A DNA stretch of 64,000 nucleotides from a virus (taxonomy: Duplodnaviria; Caudoviricetes): the IMG/VR virus record IMGVR_UViG_2926965794_000002, positions 1 to 64,000 of that record; one strand, written 5' to 3'. Within the stretch, counting starts at the first letter, position 1. Each line of letters opens with the position of its first letter. This document shows, piece after piece, positions 18,305-27,979 of the stretch. The notes under the pieces are model-generated. The model had not been told where the DNA came from. It worked only from the letters and a program-made list of their open reading frames with translations, and made no database searches. The translations under genes were made by a program, and so were the position numbers.

Positions 18305-18372
18305 GCGCCCGAGATTCGACAATGGCCACGCCGGCACGTATCTTGAACTGGGGCTTTGGCGTGGAGTTGCGT

Positions 18373-18720
18373 ATGCGTCGAACCGGCTGGGTTCCCTCGA
18401 TCGTCCCCTCGACCGATCATACCGTCTACTTGGTCGCCGACGACTTCGGCCGGATCGGCCGGGCCTGGCGCGAAGCCGACCTCGATGCGACCGACCTCGA
18501 GACCGTCATTCAGGACCTGATGGCCGGCGAATATTCCGACCCGCTTCGGGTCATCGGCTTCAACACCGCCGAGCGCTGGTCCGAGGACGTCTCTGAGGAT
18601 GTCGCCCGCGAAATCCAGCGCCGCTGCGACCTGCAGCAGACCGAGGTGCCGGCACAGCTGCAGGGCTTCGTCGATCGACACATCGGCGACCGGCGGCAGC
18701 TCAGCCTTAGGCTCGTATAA
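18373..18720 (+). CDS. Hypothetical protein
   Basis: GGAG RBS; GC3-rich. Confidence 0.7.
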   Translation: MRRTGWVPSIVPSTDHTVYLVADDFGRIGRAWREADLDATDLETVIQDLMAGEYSDPLRVIGFNTAERWSEDVSEDVAREIQRRCDLQQTEVPAQLQGFVDRHIGDRRQLSLRLV

Positions 18721-18732
18721 GAGGAAGCGCCA

Positions 18733-19122
18733 ATGCCGACCGAGAAGCTCGTGTCTGATTTCAAGATCACACTCAGCCCTGACGGCGCGATCGTCAAGCT
18801 ATCGGCGACGCAGGATGGAAGCTCGACAACGCTGAACTTTCCCCCCGATGTCGTCGGCGCGCTCGTGGTCGGGCTGCTGGGCGCAGCCGCGGTCCGCGCC
18901 ACGGCTCCTCCGCCCATCAAAACCGGCGAAATGCCGCCGGACCCATATGTTATGGCAGGCGGCGTTGGCCTCAGCGATGTTCCCGACAGGCCCGACGCGT
19001 TTGCCTTCACCTTCGGCTTCGGACAGACGCTGCTGTCGATCGGACTTGATCGCAAGGCGCTCGGGCCACTCGGCAAGGGCATGATGGCAGCAAGCGCCGA
19101 CCACGGCGCGAAACCCTCCTAG
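18733..19122 (+). CDS. Hypothetical protein
   Basis: GAGGA RBS. Confidence 0.6.
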   Translation: MPTEKLVSDFKITLSPDGAIVKLSATQDGSSTTLNFPPDVVGALVVGLLGAAAVRATAPPPIKTGEMPPDPYVMAGGVGLSDVPDRPDAFAFTFGFGQTLLSIGLDRKALGPLGKGMMAASADHGAKPS

Positions 19123-19162
19123 CTGATTCGCAAAACCCGCTCCGGATACCTATCTTCCGGGC

Positions 19163-19765
19163 ATGCCAAAACCCCTGTTTCAGCCATGCGTGCCGGTCGC
19201 CGCCAAGGCCGTGCCGACCGGGCCGGACTGGCTTCACGAGGTCAAATATGACGGCTACCGCGGTCGCGTGGAGCGCGACGGCAAGGTGGTGCGCGTCAGC
19301 TCAAGGTCGGGCCTGGACTGGACATGGCGCTTCCCGTGGATCGTCGAAAGCGCCATGCAGCTGAAGGCGCAGCGGTTCGCGATCGACGGCGAAATCTGCG
19401 TGCTCGACGTCCGTGGGATCTCCGACTTCGACGCCCTGCATTCCAACCGCCACAACGAGGACGCCCAGCTCTACGCCTTCGACCTTGTCGCGCTCGACGG
19501 CGACGACCTGCGCGAGCTGCCGCTGTTCGAGCGCAAAGGCCGGCTTGCCAAGCTACTGGCGCGCCGGCCGCAGGGCATCTTCGTTGCGCCCTATGAGGCT
19601 GGCGAGATCGGTCCGGACCTGTTCCGCGCGGCCTGCGACATGGGCCTCGAGGGCCTCGTCTCTAAGCACCGGGAGCGACGCTACCGGCCGAAGACCTGCG
19701 ACTGGGTCAAGGTGAAGAACCGGAAGCACCCCGCGATGTACCGGGTGAAGGACGCACTCTCCTGA
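19163..19765 (+). CDS. ATP-dependent DNA ligase (LigD/LigC-type adenylation domain)
   Basis: EVKYDGYR, IDGEI, YAFDL, LEGLVSK, WVKVK. Confidence 0.92.
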   Translation: MPKPLFQPCVPVAAKAVPTGPDWLHEVKYDGYRGRVERDGKVVRVSSRSGLDWTWRFPWIVESAMQLKAQRFAIDGEICVLDVRGISDFDALHSNRHNEDAQLYAFDLVALDGDDLRELPLFERKGRLAKLLARRPQGIFVAPYEAGEIGPDLFRAACDMGLEGLVSKHRERRYRPKTCDWVKVKNRKHPAMYRVKDALS

Positions 19766-19789
19766 GGACCTGCGGGTAGTGCGTCAGGG

Positions 19790-20482
19790 CTAAGATCGGC
19801 TAGCCGATTTCGCAGCCAAATAATCATCGATCATTCGTTTTGCTTGCGGGTCCTTCCCCAGCTGCGCAAACAGGACGCTACATAGCTCTGCTACGCATTG
19901 TCCCCGATTGACGCCGGGCTCCGGGGTGCTTTCTGCGAAAATCCATCGTGTGGCTGTGTACAGAATTAGTTCTTCCTTTTCCTCCAGTAGGGCATCCAGT
20001 TGAGCAATATCAACGATGCCCAGCCTTTTAAGGTCATTGCACAGTCCATATGCGAGAGTAGAGCCGTTGTTGAGTTCTACATGGCCTTGTTTGGCAATCT
20101 TGGAATCGAGCCTATTGGGCCTACTACCGGTCCGGAGGTAAGACGCCAGAGAATCGACTGTTATTGCTATGGGCAGTGGTCGTGTTGCGGGGATGCTTTC
20201 CAACACGTCGCCGCCCGCTTGTTTGTAAAGCGCGGCGGGCGCGCCAATCAGCCTAACGAAAAATATCACCATCCATGTGATAGCGAAGGCGATAGCTCCG
20301 GACAGCAACGCATCTGCGACAATACTCCCGGTCACGGAATTGCCAGACCCGGTAGCAACAACTTGAATGATAATGACGGTGGCGGGGACACCAAATAGCC
20401 ACGCCCAGTCGTTTGCAAAGGCGACTGTTCCTTTGGCGGCATAAGCCGCGCAGCGACGCCAAAAAATGAGGGTGTCTCGCAT
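19790..20482 (-). CDS. Membrane-anchored hypothetical protein
   Basis: 2 TM, lower GC; start uncertain. Confidence 0.6.
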   Translation of the reverse strand: MRDTLIFWRRCAAYAAKGTVAFANDWAWLFGVPATVIIIQVVATGSGNSVTGSIVADALLSGAIAFAITWMVIFFVRLIGAPAALYKQAGGDVLESIPATRPLPIAITVDSLASYLRTGSRPNRLDSKIAKQGHVELNNGSTLAYGLCNDLKRLGIVDIAQLDALLEEKEELILYTATRWIFAESTPEPGVNRGQCVAELCSVLFAQLGKDPQAKRMIDDYLAAKSASRS

Positions 20483-20794
20483 GTCGCTCAATTTAGACGC
20501 AAGTTCCCGTCTGGTGCGAGTCCTAGCACGAGCGCCCAGGGCATTAACCAAGGACTTTTTTCGGGGTCAGCTTTCAAACTGACCCACTGCCTTCAGCCGC
20601 CGCCTGAATGCGCGATGAGTGAGCCGACGAAATAGGCAAGCGCGAGCAGGCTGCCGGCGACGAGCAATATCATCGCGGCCGGAAATAGGGAGCGTCGCTG
20701 CGGCGTGGAAATCACGATGTCGGTCATGCAACCAGATGTAGTACCGGCCGAAATCGGATCATATCCGGGCTGATACGGATAGGCCCTAGAAACG

Positions 20795-20831
20795 CAAAAA
20801 AGCCCGGCCATCCCCATCGGGACAGCCGGGC
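20795..20831 (-). terminator. Rho-independent terminator ending the late operon
   Basis: GCCCGG stem followed by a T6 run on the - strand. Confidence 0.65.
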
Positions 20832-20967
20832 AAGGTGGCGTTTGGGTAGTTGGGTGGGTTGCCGCGGATTGCTCCGCGACAACCCTTCGTTACCGTCGCA
20901 ACTTGGAGGGCGACGACGGATCTATCGCGGCGCGGGCATGCGCCGGATCAGTTTTCTTCGTCGACTC

Positions 20968-21141
20968 TTACAGGGTGATTGGCGCGACGATGAAGCAGAG
21001 CGCGACCACCAGCAGCCCGACGAAAGCGACGCCGAAGCCCGTGTTGGTCTCGTCGACGGTGCTTGCGATGTTCACCATCACAAAACCGGCTAGCATTGCT
21101 ACAACACCGGCGCCGGCAGCAATCGGGACAATCCATTCCAT
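20968..21141 (-). CDS. 57-aa two-TM protein (not in the ORF track)
   Basis: MEWIVPIAAGAGVVAMLAGFVMVNIASTVDETNTGFGVAFVGLLVVALCFIVAPITL*. Confidence 0.6.
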   Translation of the reverse strand: MEWIVPIAAGAGVVAMLAGFVMVNIASTVDETNTGFGVAFVGLLVVALCFIVAPITL

Positions 21142-21150
21142 CGTGGCCGC

Positions 21151-21540
21151 CTATGCGATGAGGGAAAGCGTGACGGCGATCGCAGCCGCAACGAGCGTGG
21201 TGAATATCCAGACCTCCCTGCCCCAACGATCGGGCGCGAACACCCGGATGACGCAGGCTACTCCGACGATCTGGACAAGTGCTGTGATCAGCAGCACCGG
21301 GCTGTGCAGCATGGAGTCGACGTCCGCGCCGCCGTTCTCGAGATGGCGCCAGTACCAAATCCACATCCGGGAAGCCGCCTCCGGCGCGAATGCCACGCAC
21401 AGCGATATTGCGGCCTGAAGACGGACCCGCTTGACGCCGTTCAAGGTGATCTCGCGGATGATGTAGACCCCGAACATGAAGCAGGCGAACAGCAGCAGGA
21501 AAGCCAGGGTGCCGTTCGCACCCTCCAACAATTTGAACAT
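21151..21540 (-). CDS. Four-TM membrane protein
   Basis: Hydrophobic helices; tightly packed in operon. Confidence 0.7.
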   Translation of the reverse strand: MFKLLEGANGTLAFLLLFACFMFGVYIIREITLNGVKRVRLQAAISLCVAFAPEAASRMWIWYWRHLENGGADVDSMLHSPVLLITALVQIVGVACVIRVFAPDRWGREVWIFTTLVAAAIAVTLSLIA

Positions 21541-21541
21541 T

Positions 21542-21826
21542 TCAATGCCCTTGCCTCTGGCCGAACGACCGCATGTCATGAACGAGTTGCGCAATTTCGT
21601 CGTGCCGTGGCGGTGCCTGGGCGGACTCGCTCGACGAACGCGAAAGGCTTACTGCTTCACGAAGTCGGCCTTGTGCGTTGCTGATCTCTCGATCGGCAGT
21701 ATCAAGGCGCCGCATCGTGGCGTCGTGGTCATGCAATGCGTTTTCGGCTGAAGCTTTATCGATCTCCTCTTCATCGAATGGCTCGATGAGGTGGAGTTGG
21801 CGCAATACGGTTCGCAGGAGGCTCAT
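21542..21826 (-). CDS. Coiled-coil hypothetical protein
   Basis: Coupled ORF. Confidence 0.65.
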   Translation of the reverse strand: MSLLRTVLRQLHLIEPFDEEEIDKASAENALHDHDATMRRLDTADREISNAQGRLREAVSLSRSSSESAQAPPRHDEIAQLVHDMRSFGQRQGH

Positions 21827-22350
21827 CGCGGCCTCCGCAAAAGGGCCCCATCAATTTTCGAGGCGATACTGTCGACCTTCACCTTCAATTCAGTGGCCGC
21901 CGTTGCTGCGACGGAGCTGTTATCCCTCGCCAACGTCACCATGCCGGTGAGGACGCGGACGGCGTCAGCCTGGGAGGCAAATGTGCCGATCAGGTCTTTC
22001 AGCTTCTCGATGTTGTTGCCGTGGTAGAACTCGATCCGCTGGTTCACCATCTCGAACGCCGTGGCCTGCACCTTGATGGCCTCGGCGAGCGCCTCGGTGA
22101 CGCGGTTTCTCTCCTCGGTCGACTCCGCGACCTTGGTCAGGGCCGCGTTGTTGGCTTCGACCAGCTTGCTGAACCGAGCGAGCTCTTCCTTCCGCTCGAT
22201 ATGGAGACGGTTGTTCGCTTTGAAGAGCACCACGATTGCTCCAGCCAGGACGGGAATGGTCGCAAGCAGGACCGCGATCACAGCTCCTGCCGGCCCCCAC
22301 CCCGCGAGGGTTTGGGCAACGATCTCCGGCGTGCCGGCGGCGCCCATCAC
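21823..22350 (-). CDS. TM plus coiled-coil protein (holin-associated type)
   Basis: N-terminal TM followed by heptad repeats. Confidence 0.65.
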   Translation of the reverse strand: MMGAAGTPEIVAQTLAGWGPAGAVIAVLLATIPVLAGAIVVLFKANNRLHIERKEELARFSKLVEANNAALTKVAESTEERNRVTEALAEAIKVQATAFEMVNQRIEFYHGNNIEKLKDLIGTFASQADAVRVLTGMVTLARDNSSVAATAATELKVKVDSIASKIDGALLRRPR

Positions 22351-22589
22351 CGCTTACCCGCCTTCTTACGCCGGGCGCATGCCCGGGCGACGTCGCGATC
22401 GCCGATCGCCTGAACGGCAACGGCGGCGAGCGCGCTGTTCGGCGCCGCGCGCATTTCGGCGGCGACCTGCTTCTGGAAGTCCTGAGTCCAGGCTCGGACC
22501 GGCGGACAAACAACCGCCGGCGCCGCATCGGGCATGGTGCAGGTAAGCTGGACCGCAATGAAGGCCCAGCCGGTGCAGGTGAACGTCAT
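22347..22589 (-). CDS. Putative o-spanin (Rz1-like)
   Basis: Small Cys/Pro-containing ORF coupled to the Rz-like gene. Confidence 0.45.
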   Translation of the reverse strand: MTFTCTGWAFIAVQLTCTMPDAAPAVVCPPVRAWTQDFQKQVAAEMRAAPNSALAAVAVQAIGDRDVARACARRKKAGKR

Positions 22590-22852
22590 GCTGAGCCCTC
22601 CTCGAGGCGCTTGATCGCGTCATCGACCGATTTCGGGGCATTGGCTTGTGCCTCGAGCTCGGCCTGCTGAGCGTCAATGGTTGCGTTCTGCTGCTGGACG
22701 GTGGCCTGAGCCGCGCCGAGATCCTTGGCGTTCTGGTCGGCACGCTGCCGCGCCAAGTAATCGTTCAGCGAACTCCCGAAGGCGTTGAAGAACGCCTCCA
22801 GGAGCGGCTGCAGCACCGTCAGAACAGCGGCGAGCGTCGTCCCGCTGAACAT
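22586..22852 (-). CDS. Putative i-spanin (Rz-like)
   Basis: Hydrophobic N-terminus plus coiled coil. Confidence 0.5.
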   Translation of the reverse strand: MFSGTTLAAVLTVLQPLLEAFFNAFGSSLNDYLARQRADQNAKDLGAAQATVQQQNATIDAQQAELEAQANAPKSVDDAIKRLEEGSA

Positions 22853-22862
22853 GGCGCCCGCC

Positions 22863-23552
22863 TTACGTCTTGGGGATGCTCGTCACGGCGGTGTTGACGT
22901 CCGGAACGGCATCCGGAGCCAAGTTCAGCCGCGCGATGATCTTCTGCGCAATTTGCTCCGGCGTACCAATGAACTGGGCCAGCCAGTCGGAACCGTGGTC
23001 CAGCACATACTGCAGTGCAGCCGCGACGACCTGGTTGTGCACGTCAGCGGTCAGCGCTTTGTCCTTCGTGGCGCCCTGCACCATGTTGATGCCGTAGTCG
23101 ATGCCCTTCTGGAGCAGTTGGTCGGCGCGGATCGAGACCAAGATGCTGTAGATCTGCGCCGGCAGCTTCCGCAGCAGCCACGTCACGAAGGCGAAGATCA
23201 TGGTGCCGATCGCAGTGGCCCACTGGGACACCGTGGCGCCGTACGCCCAGGTGACCTTCGTGGTGTCGCTGGTCGCCTGCGCGACCGTCTCCGGTGCCGC
23301 GGCATCGGCTGCGAACGCGACGTCGATCGCGAGCGAGACGCCGACCAGGATGGCCAACCCGAGAGCGAACGGACGGACGCGACGCGGCAGCATGACGGCA
23401 GCCAGCGCCAGGCTGAGCAGGCCGGCGATCAGCATGCCCGTCGGGTCGAAGGCTGGTCCGACCTCGACGAAGAACGAGCTGCCGCTCGCCATGGCCAGGC
23501 TCGGCGCGAGCAGAAGAGGCACGGCAAAGGCCGCGCTATAGATGCGGTTCAT
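22863..23552 (-). CDS. Putative holin-like membrane protein
   Basis: Multiple TMs; position in lysis module. Confidence 0.55.
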   Translation of the reverse strand: MNRIYSAAFAVPLLLAPSLAMASGSSFFVEVGPAFDPTGMLIAGLLSLALAAVMLPRRVRPFALGLAILVGVSLAIDVAFAADAAAPETVAQATSDTTKVTWAYGATVSQWATAIGTMIFAFVTWLLRKLPAQIYSILVSIRADQLLQKGIDYGINMVQGATKDKALTADVHNQVVAAALQYVLDHGSDWLAQFIGTPEQIAQKIIARLNLAPDAVPDVNTAVTSIPKT

Positions 23553-23675
23553 GTTTCACCTTTTCGATGTGGAAATGCGCGAGATCCGTCGCGCGGCGTT
23601 CTTCAAGATGCCCGGCGATAGGTGCCGAACACGAAGCTCTTTGAATGGTCGAGGCGACGCGATAGAGTCGGCGTC

Positions 23676-24296
23676 ATGACCCCAGGAATGAAGTACGGAC
23701 GTCTTGTCGCAGTCTCCCGAGAAGGAAAGGACGCGCGGTCCAATATCCTTTGGAAATTCGCCTGCGACTGCGGGACTGACTACGTGTGCCGCTCCTCGTC
23801 GGTCAGGCGCGGCTACGTCATTTCATGCGGCTGCCTGCGCGCCGAGAATGCTCGAGTAAATGGCGCGAAGAGCGATGGCGAGGCCTCGATCACGCACGGC
23901 AGACGATTCTCGGCGGAATACGCAGCGTGGGCTCACATGATCCGGCGATGCACGAACCCAAACGACGAAAAATTTCCGGACTACGGCGGCCGAGGGATTT
24001 CTGTCTGCGATCGATGGTCCAACTTCGCCAACTTCCACGAAGACATGGGCGATAGACCGAGCCCCCACCATTCTCTTGACCGGATCAAGAATGATGAGGG
24101 CTACAGCAAATCGAACTGCAGATGGTCAACAAGAGCCATCCAGACGAGAAACAAGCGCAACAATGTTAGGATCGTATATCGAGGCGAGGAGATGATCCTC
24201 AAAGACGCCTGCGCGCTCGCCGGGATTGGTTACATGAAGGCATGGCGTCGGATCTTCCGATTGAATTGGCCGATCGACCGCGCGCTCTCAGCTTGA
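23676..24296 (+). CDS. Phage HNH (His-Me finger) endonuclease
   Basis: YGRL, CDCG, SCGC, YGGRGISVCDRW, SLDRI.N..GY...NCRW. Confidence 0.9.
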   Translation: MTPGMKYGRLVAVSREGKDARSNILWKFACDCGTDYVCRSSSVRRGYVISCGCLRAENARVNGAKSDGEASITHGRRFSAEYAAWAHMIRRCTNPNDEKFPDYGGRGISVCDRWSNFANFHEDMGDRPSPHHSLDRIKNDEGYSKSNCRWSTRAIQTRNKRNNVRIVYRGEEMILKDACALAGIGYMKAWRRIFRLNWPIDRALSA

Positions 24297-24857
24297 TCGC
24301 CGATAGGTCCTGAAGACGACATCCCAAACGATCGTTGTGACGCCGAAGTTGCCCTTCCCGCCCCGGTGATGACCGGAGTGGTGCTCGTTCATGAAGGCGA
24401 CGTATCGCGACAGCCGTGCCTTCGGCCCATGATGATGGAATCGGACGTGGATAGCGCAGTAGGCCAGGTACCCGATCATGACGCCGGCCACGAAGGCCGA
24501 TGCCGAGTCCTCGCCGGCCGCGGCCCATGCCAGCAGCCACACGCCGCTGAACGCCATGAACGTGCCAAGGCTCGAGATCCCGATCATATCGCGCGGGAGC
24601 CGATGGTGCATGTCGTGCATCGGCGCGAAGCGATTGTTGCCGTGGAAGATCGCGCGGTGGATCCAGTATTCCGCGAGCGTCCAAGCCGCCGCGCCGACGG
24701 CCAGCCATCCCGCGATCGCTGACAACCGCATTCCGCCGATTACGGCGAAGGCGATCAAGCTACAAACCACCCATGGCACCAGCAGGAAGTCGAGGAAATA
24801 CTGGAACGGCGAAAGGTCGAAGGCGGGGTCGAGCTCGGCGTGACGGTCCTGGTCCAC
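24288..24857 (-). CDS. Fatty-acid hydroxylase/sterol desaturase family protein
   Basis: EYWIHRAIFH, HDMHH, HVRFHH and HHSGHH His-boxes. Confidence 0.88.
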   Translation of the reverse strand: MDQDRHAELDPAFDLSPFQYFLDFLLVPWVVCSLIAFAVIGGMRLSAIAGWLAVGAAAWTLAEYWIHRAIFHGNNRFAPMHDMHHRLPRDMIGISSLGTFMAFSGVWLLAWAAAGEDSASAFVAGVMIGYLAYCAIHVRFHHHGPKARLSRYVAFMNEHHSGHHRGGKGNFGVTTIVWDVVFRTYRRSS

Positions 24858-24862
24858 GGCCG

Positions 24863-25648
24863 TCAGGCCTCGTTCGTGGACACGCGACCGTCACTGCGGA
24901 CGATCGGCAGATGGCTGAAGCCGATCTGACTGGCCAGCGGCGGCGGAACATCCTTCGGCCACCAGAAGCCCTGGTTGAGGCGAGATGTCGCAAAGGGCTC
25001 GATGTTGACGGCATCGGACTGGTTGCCGCCCAGCCCCATGACATTGCCGTGCTGATCCTTGCCGACCACGACCGTGATGTGGCCGCCGCCTGTCCGCTTC
25101 ATCGGGGCGAAGGCGCCGACCGCCGGTCCCGCGAGCTTCACGGCAGGCCATTTGCCAGCGAAGTCCAGCGCCCACAGCGTCTCGGTCCCCTTGAGACCGA
25201 CCTTGGTCAGGATGTGATTGGCGAACAGCGCGCACCACGGAATCGAGTCATGAGTATATTCCGCAGCGATGTCGCCACCCTCGTCCTTCGCCCAGTTGAT
25301 GATGACGGGGTTGTCCTTTGCGCCGGCGCCCTCCTTGGTGCCAATCAGCTTGATGCCGGCCTCGAGCCAAAGCGGTCGACTGATCTCCGTTGCCGGCGCC
25401 GCTACCGGGGCCTTCCCACCGACCGCGGCATCGAGCGCCGCACCGGTCAGCGGTCCGACTTCCCCATCGACTTTCAATCCGGCGCGCTTCTGGAACGCCT
25501 CGACTGCGGTGTCGGTGTCCGGTCCGAACCACCCGGTACCGGTCAGGCCGTACCCGATGGATTTGAGCGCGAGCTGGATCTGTTTCACGGCATCGCCCGA
25601 TGCGCCCATGCGCAAGGGTTTCGCCGCCACAAGGGCTGCGATGGTCAT
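24863..25648 (-). CDS. Endolysin: PG-binding domain plus NlpC/P60-CHAP (TIGR02594-like)
   Basis: G.SG.AVKQIQ..L, AVEAFQ..AGL.VDG; PWCALF, GHI, LGGNQSD. Confidence 0.9.
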   Translation of the reverse strand: MTIAALVAAKPLRMGASGDAVKQIQLALKSIGYGLTGTGWFGPDTDTAVEAFQKRAGLKVDGEVGPLTGAALDAAVGGKAPVAAPATEISRPLWLEAGIKLIGTKEGAGAKDNPVIINWAKDEGGDIAAEYTHDSIPWCALFANHILTKVGLKGTETLWALDFAGKWPAVKLAGPAVGAFAPMKRTGGGHITVVVGKDQHGNVMGLGGNQSDAVNIEPFATSRLNQGFWWPKDVPPPLASQIGFSHLPIVRSDGRVSTNEA

Positions 25649-25665
25649 TTCTGCTCTCCTCTCAT

Positions 25666-25690
25666 GAAAAAGCCGCCCTGTTGGGCGGCT
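25666..25690 (-). terminator. Terminator-like hairpin just upstream of the endolysin RBS
   Basis: AGCCGCCC-AACA-GGGCGGCT-TTTT. Confidence 0.55.
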
Positions 25691-25810
25691 AGGCGACGAA
25701 CTCCGACGCCGGGAACACGGGTACTGTTGCGGTAATGCAACTACCGGCGCTTGCTCGGGCTGGTTGTGGCGGCGTATGGTCGCCGCCGCAATTTCTGGAA
25801 ATGAGTTGGA

Positions 25811-27418
25811 ATGGGAATGCTTCGATTTTTGCCGGCGCCCAAGGCTGCCCGGTGGCCGCGGAAGAACGCCATACCGCTGTGGCTGTTCTCTACCCTGAAC
25901 GGACTGCCGCTTGTCCTGATCCTCTTTCTGATCGCCCTGGCGACACACTGGCACCACTTCCTGCTACGCGGCGCCCTGGTCGCCCCCAGCGTTCAACAGT
26001 GGAGCGTCGGATGTCTCTTCCTTGCGTTGACGTTCATTCGGGCGTCGGAATTTTCGTGGCCCTTGCGACTGCTTGTTCGCTTTCTCGGCACCGTGCTCAC
26101 CGCCTTTGCGGTCTCGCAGGCGATGCCAAGTTCGATCACGTTCGCGACACTCTCGGCCGAACAATGGTTCGCCATCTACGCCTTGCCGCCGCTAGCACTG
26201 GCAGGCGGGCTCCTCGGCTGGTGGCGACCCGCAGGCTACATTCTGCCGATCTGCGCATGCGGCTGGTATCGATTTGCGTTCGCCTCGGCTCTCGGCGTGC
26301 CCTTCGGCTGGAATGAAGAAATGACGTTGCAGGAGTGCGCCCTCTTCTTGCTATCGGGCGGCCTCGCCATCGCGGCGCTGATCAGATCTGTACCCAGCGC
26401 TAGACACTATCGGGACTCGATCTTCTCATCCCTCATCATGGCTGCATGCGCCATCCACTTCGCCAACTACTTCTATTCCGGGATCGCGAAGCTGTCGCTG
26501 GATGGCGGTCCACTGAGCTGGTTGACCACCAACACCACCTATACGCTGCAAGGTTCGGCTGATCGGATCGGTGTCAACATTTTCTCGAGCATGCCGCTCG
26601 GGCAGTTTCTCTATCGCGCCTTCCGCGAAAACATCTTGCTGATGAACATCCTAACCATGGGCATTCAGTTGCTGGCCTTGGTGGCAATGCCGTTTCTGCC
26701 ATTAGTCCGCATCATGCTGCTGGTCTACGACATGATGCATTTGGCGATCGGCGGACTGACTGGCATCTTCTTCTACCTTTGGATGTCCATCAACATCGCG
26801 TTCGCCATCGCTATGGGCTACCTGACCGTGACCTTCAGTTGGGCGGCTCGGATCGTCTTCGTCGGCATGATGTTGCTTGCGCCGAGGGCTTTCACGATCT
26901 TCGAAGCCGGTTGGTACGAAACTCACGGGTTCAACAGCGTCATCATCGAAGCAGTGAACGCGGATGGATCTTCGGCCAGGGTGTCCCCGCGCGTCTTCGG
27001 ATTTTTCTCTTATCTCCTGATGAGCGACGCTGTTCTTGACCAGCAATGGAAGAAGGAGAACGCAATCCCTACCGGCTTCTTTGGGACCACGTATTACAGT
27101 CGGGATCGCGAGACCGCGAATTCTTGCGTCCTCGCGCCGCCGAAAGACCCGATGAAACTCGGCGCCTATATCAAGCCCGCGATTCAGGCGCTCCATGCGG
27201 GGGTGGTGCAGCCAAAATGGTACTGGCCTTCATGGCTCGTCTTCCCACCGCAGCATTTCCTGCAAAACCACAACGCCTTCGCGCCAAATTCGGCCATTCA
27301 CTGGGACCAGGTGGTCGCCTACAGGTTCATTTGGCGGGCAACCTGCATCAGGGATGTTCCAACCGGCTACGAACTTGATACACTCCGATCGGACGCAGTG
27401 TCGGTGCCTGTACGATGA
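25811..27418 (+). CDS. Polytopic membrane protein, HTTM-like
   Basis: More than 10 TM; YFYSGIAKL...W motif; coupled to DCC1. Confidence 0.6.
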   Translation: MGMLRFLPAPKAARWPRKNAIPLWLFSTLNGLPLVLILFLIALATHWHHFLLRGALVAPSVQQWSVGCLFLALTFIRASEFSWPLRLLVRFLGTVLTAFAVSQAMPSSITFATLSAEQWFAIYALPPLALAGGLLGWWRPAGYILPICACGWYRFAFASALGVPFGWNEEMTLQECALFLLSGGLAIAALIRSVPSARHYRDSIFSSLIMAACAIHFANYFYSGIAKLSLDGGPLSWLTTNTTYTLQGSADRIGVNIFSSMPLGQFLYRAFRENILLMNILTMGIQLLALVAMPFLPLVRIMLLVYDMMHLAIGGLTGIFFYLWMSINIAFAIAMGYLTVTFSWAARIVFVGMMLLAPRAFTIFEAGWYETHGFNSVIIEAVNADGSSARVSPRVFGFFSYLLMSDAVLDQQWKKENAIPTGFFGTTYYSRDRETANSCVLAPPKDPMKLGAYIKPAIQALHAGVVQPKWYWPSWLVFPPQHFLQNHNAFAPNSAIHWDQVVAYRFIWRATCIRDVPTGYELDTLRSDAVSVPVR

Positions 27419-27792
27419 CCAAACCAACCAACTATCTGCTCTATGATGGCGACTGCCCATTCTGCTCGAGCTACGTCCGATGGTCGCGGCTGCAGGAGAG
27501 TGTGCCTGGATTTCGGCTGCTCGACGCCCGCGAAAATCCTTCACTCGTTGCTAATCACCGAGAGGCGGGCCGCGAGGTCAACACTGGGATGATCCTTTCT
27601 CTGAACGGCATCCCCTATCATGGCCACTTGGCGCTCAATCGCCTAGCGCTCCTCAGCACGAGATCAGGATTTCTGAATAAGCTCAACTCGCTTCTCTTTC
27701 GATCCGAAGCGGTTTCCAGATTCGCATATCCTCTGATGGTGGCCGGCCGCAACACGGCCTTGAAGCTGCTCGGGCGGAAGCAATTATCTTAG
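27415..27792 (+). CDS. DCC1-like thiol-disulfide oxidoreductase (DUF393)
   Basis: LLYDGDCPFC; GRN..LKLLGR. Confidence 0.88.
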   Translation: MTKPTNYLLYDGDCPFCSSYVRWSRLQESVPGFRLLDARENPSLVANHREAGREVNTGMILSLNGIPYHGHLALNRLALLSTRSGFLNKLNSLLFRSEAVSRFAYPLMVAGRNTALKLLGRKQLS

Positions 27793-27979
27793 ATCGTCAG
27801 ACCAGTTGCGCGCAAAAGCGAATGCCACCACGCGCAAGATCGAACGATACCCCTGAAATTCGACGCGGAACCAACCCTTTAGCCAAGTGGCACGATGTGT
27901 GGAGTTCCCGCAACCCGAACGCTTGCTCCGCAAGGTTGACGCGAGGTATTGTTTATCCCAATTTTAGAAGCGGGGCGGG

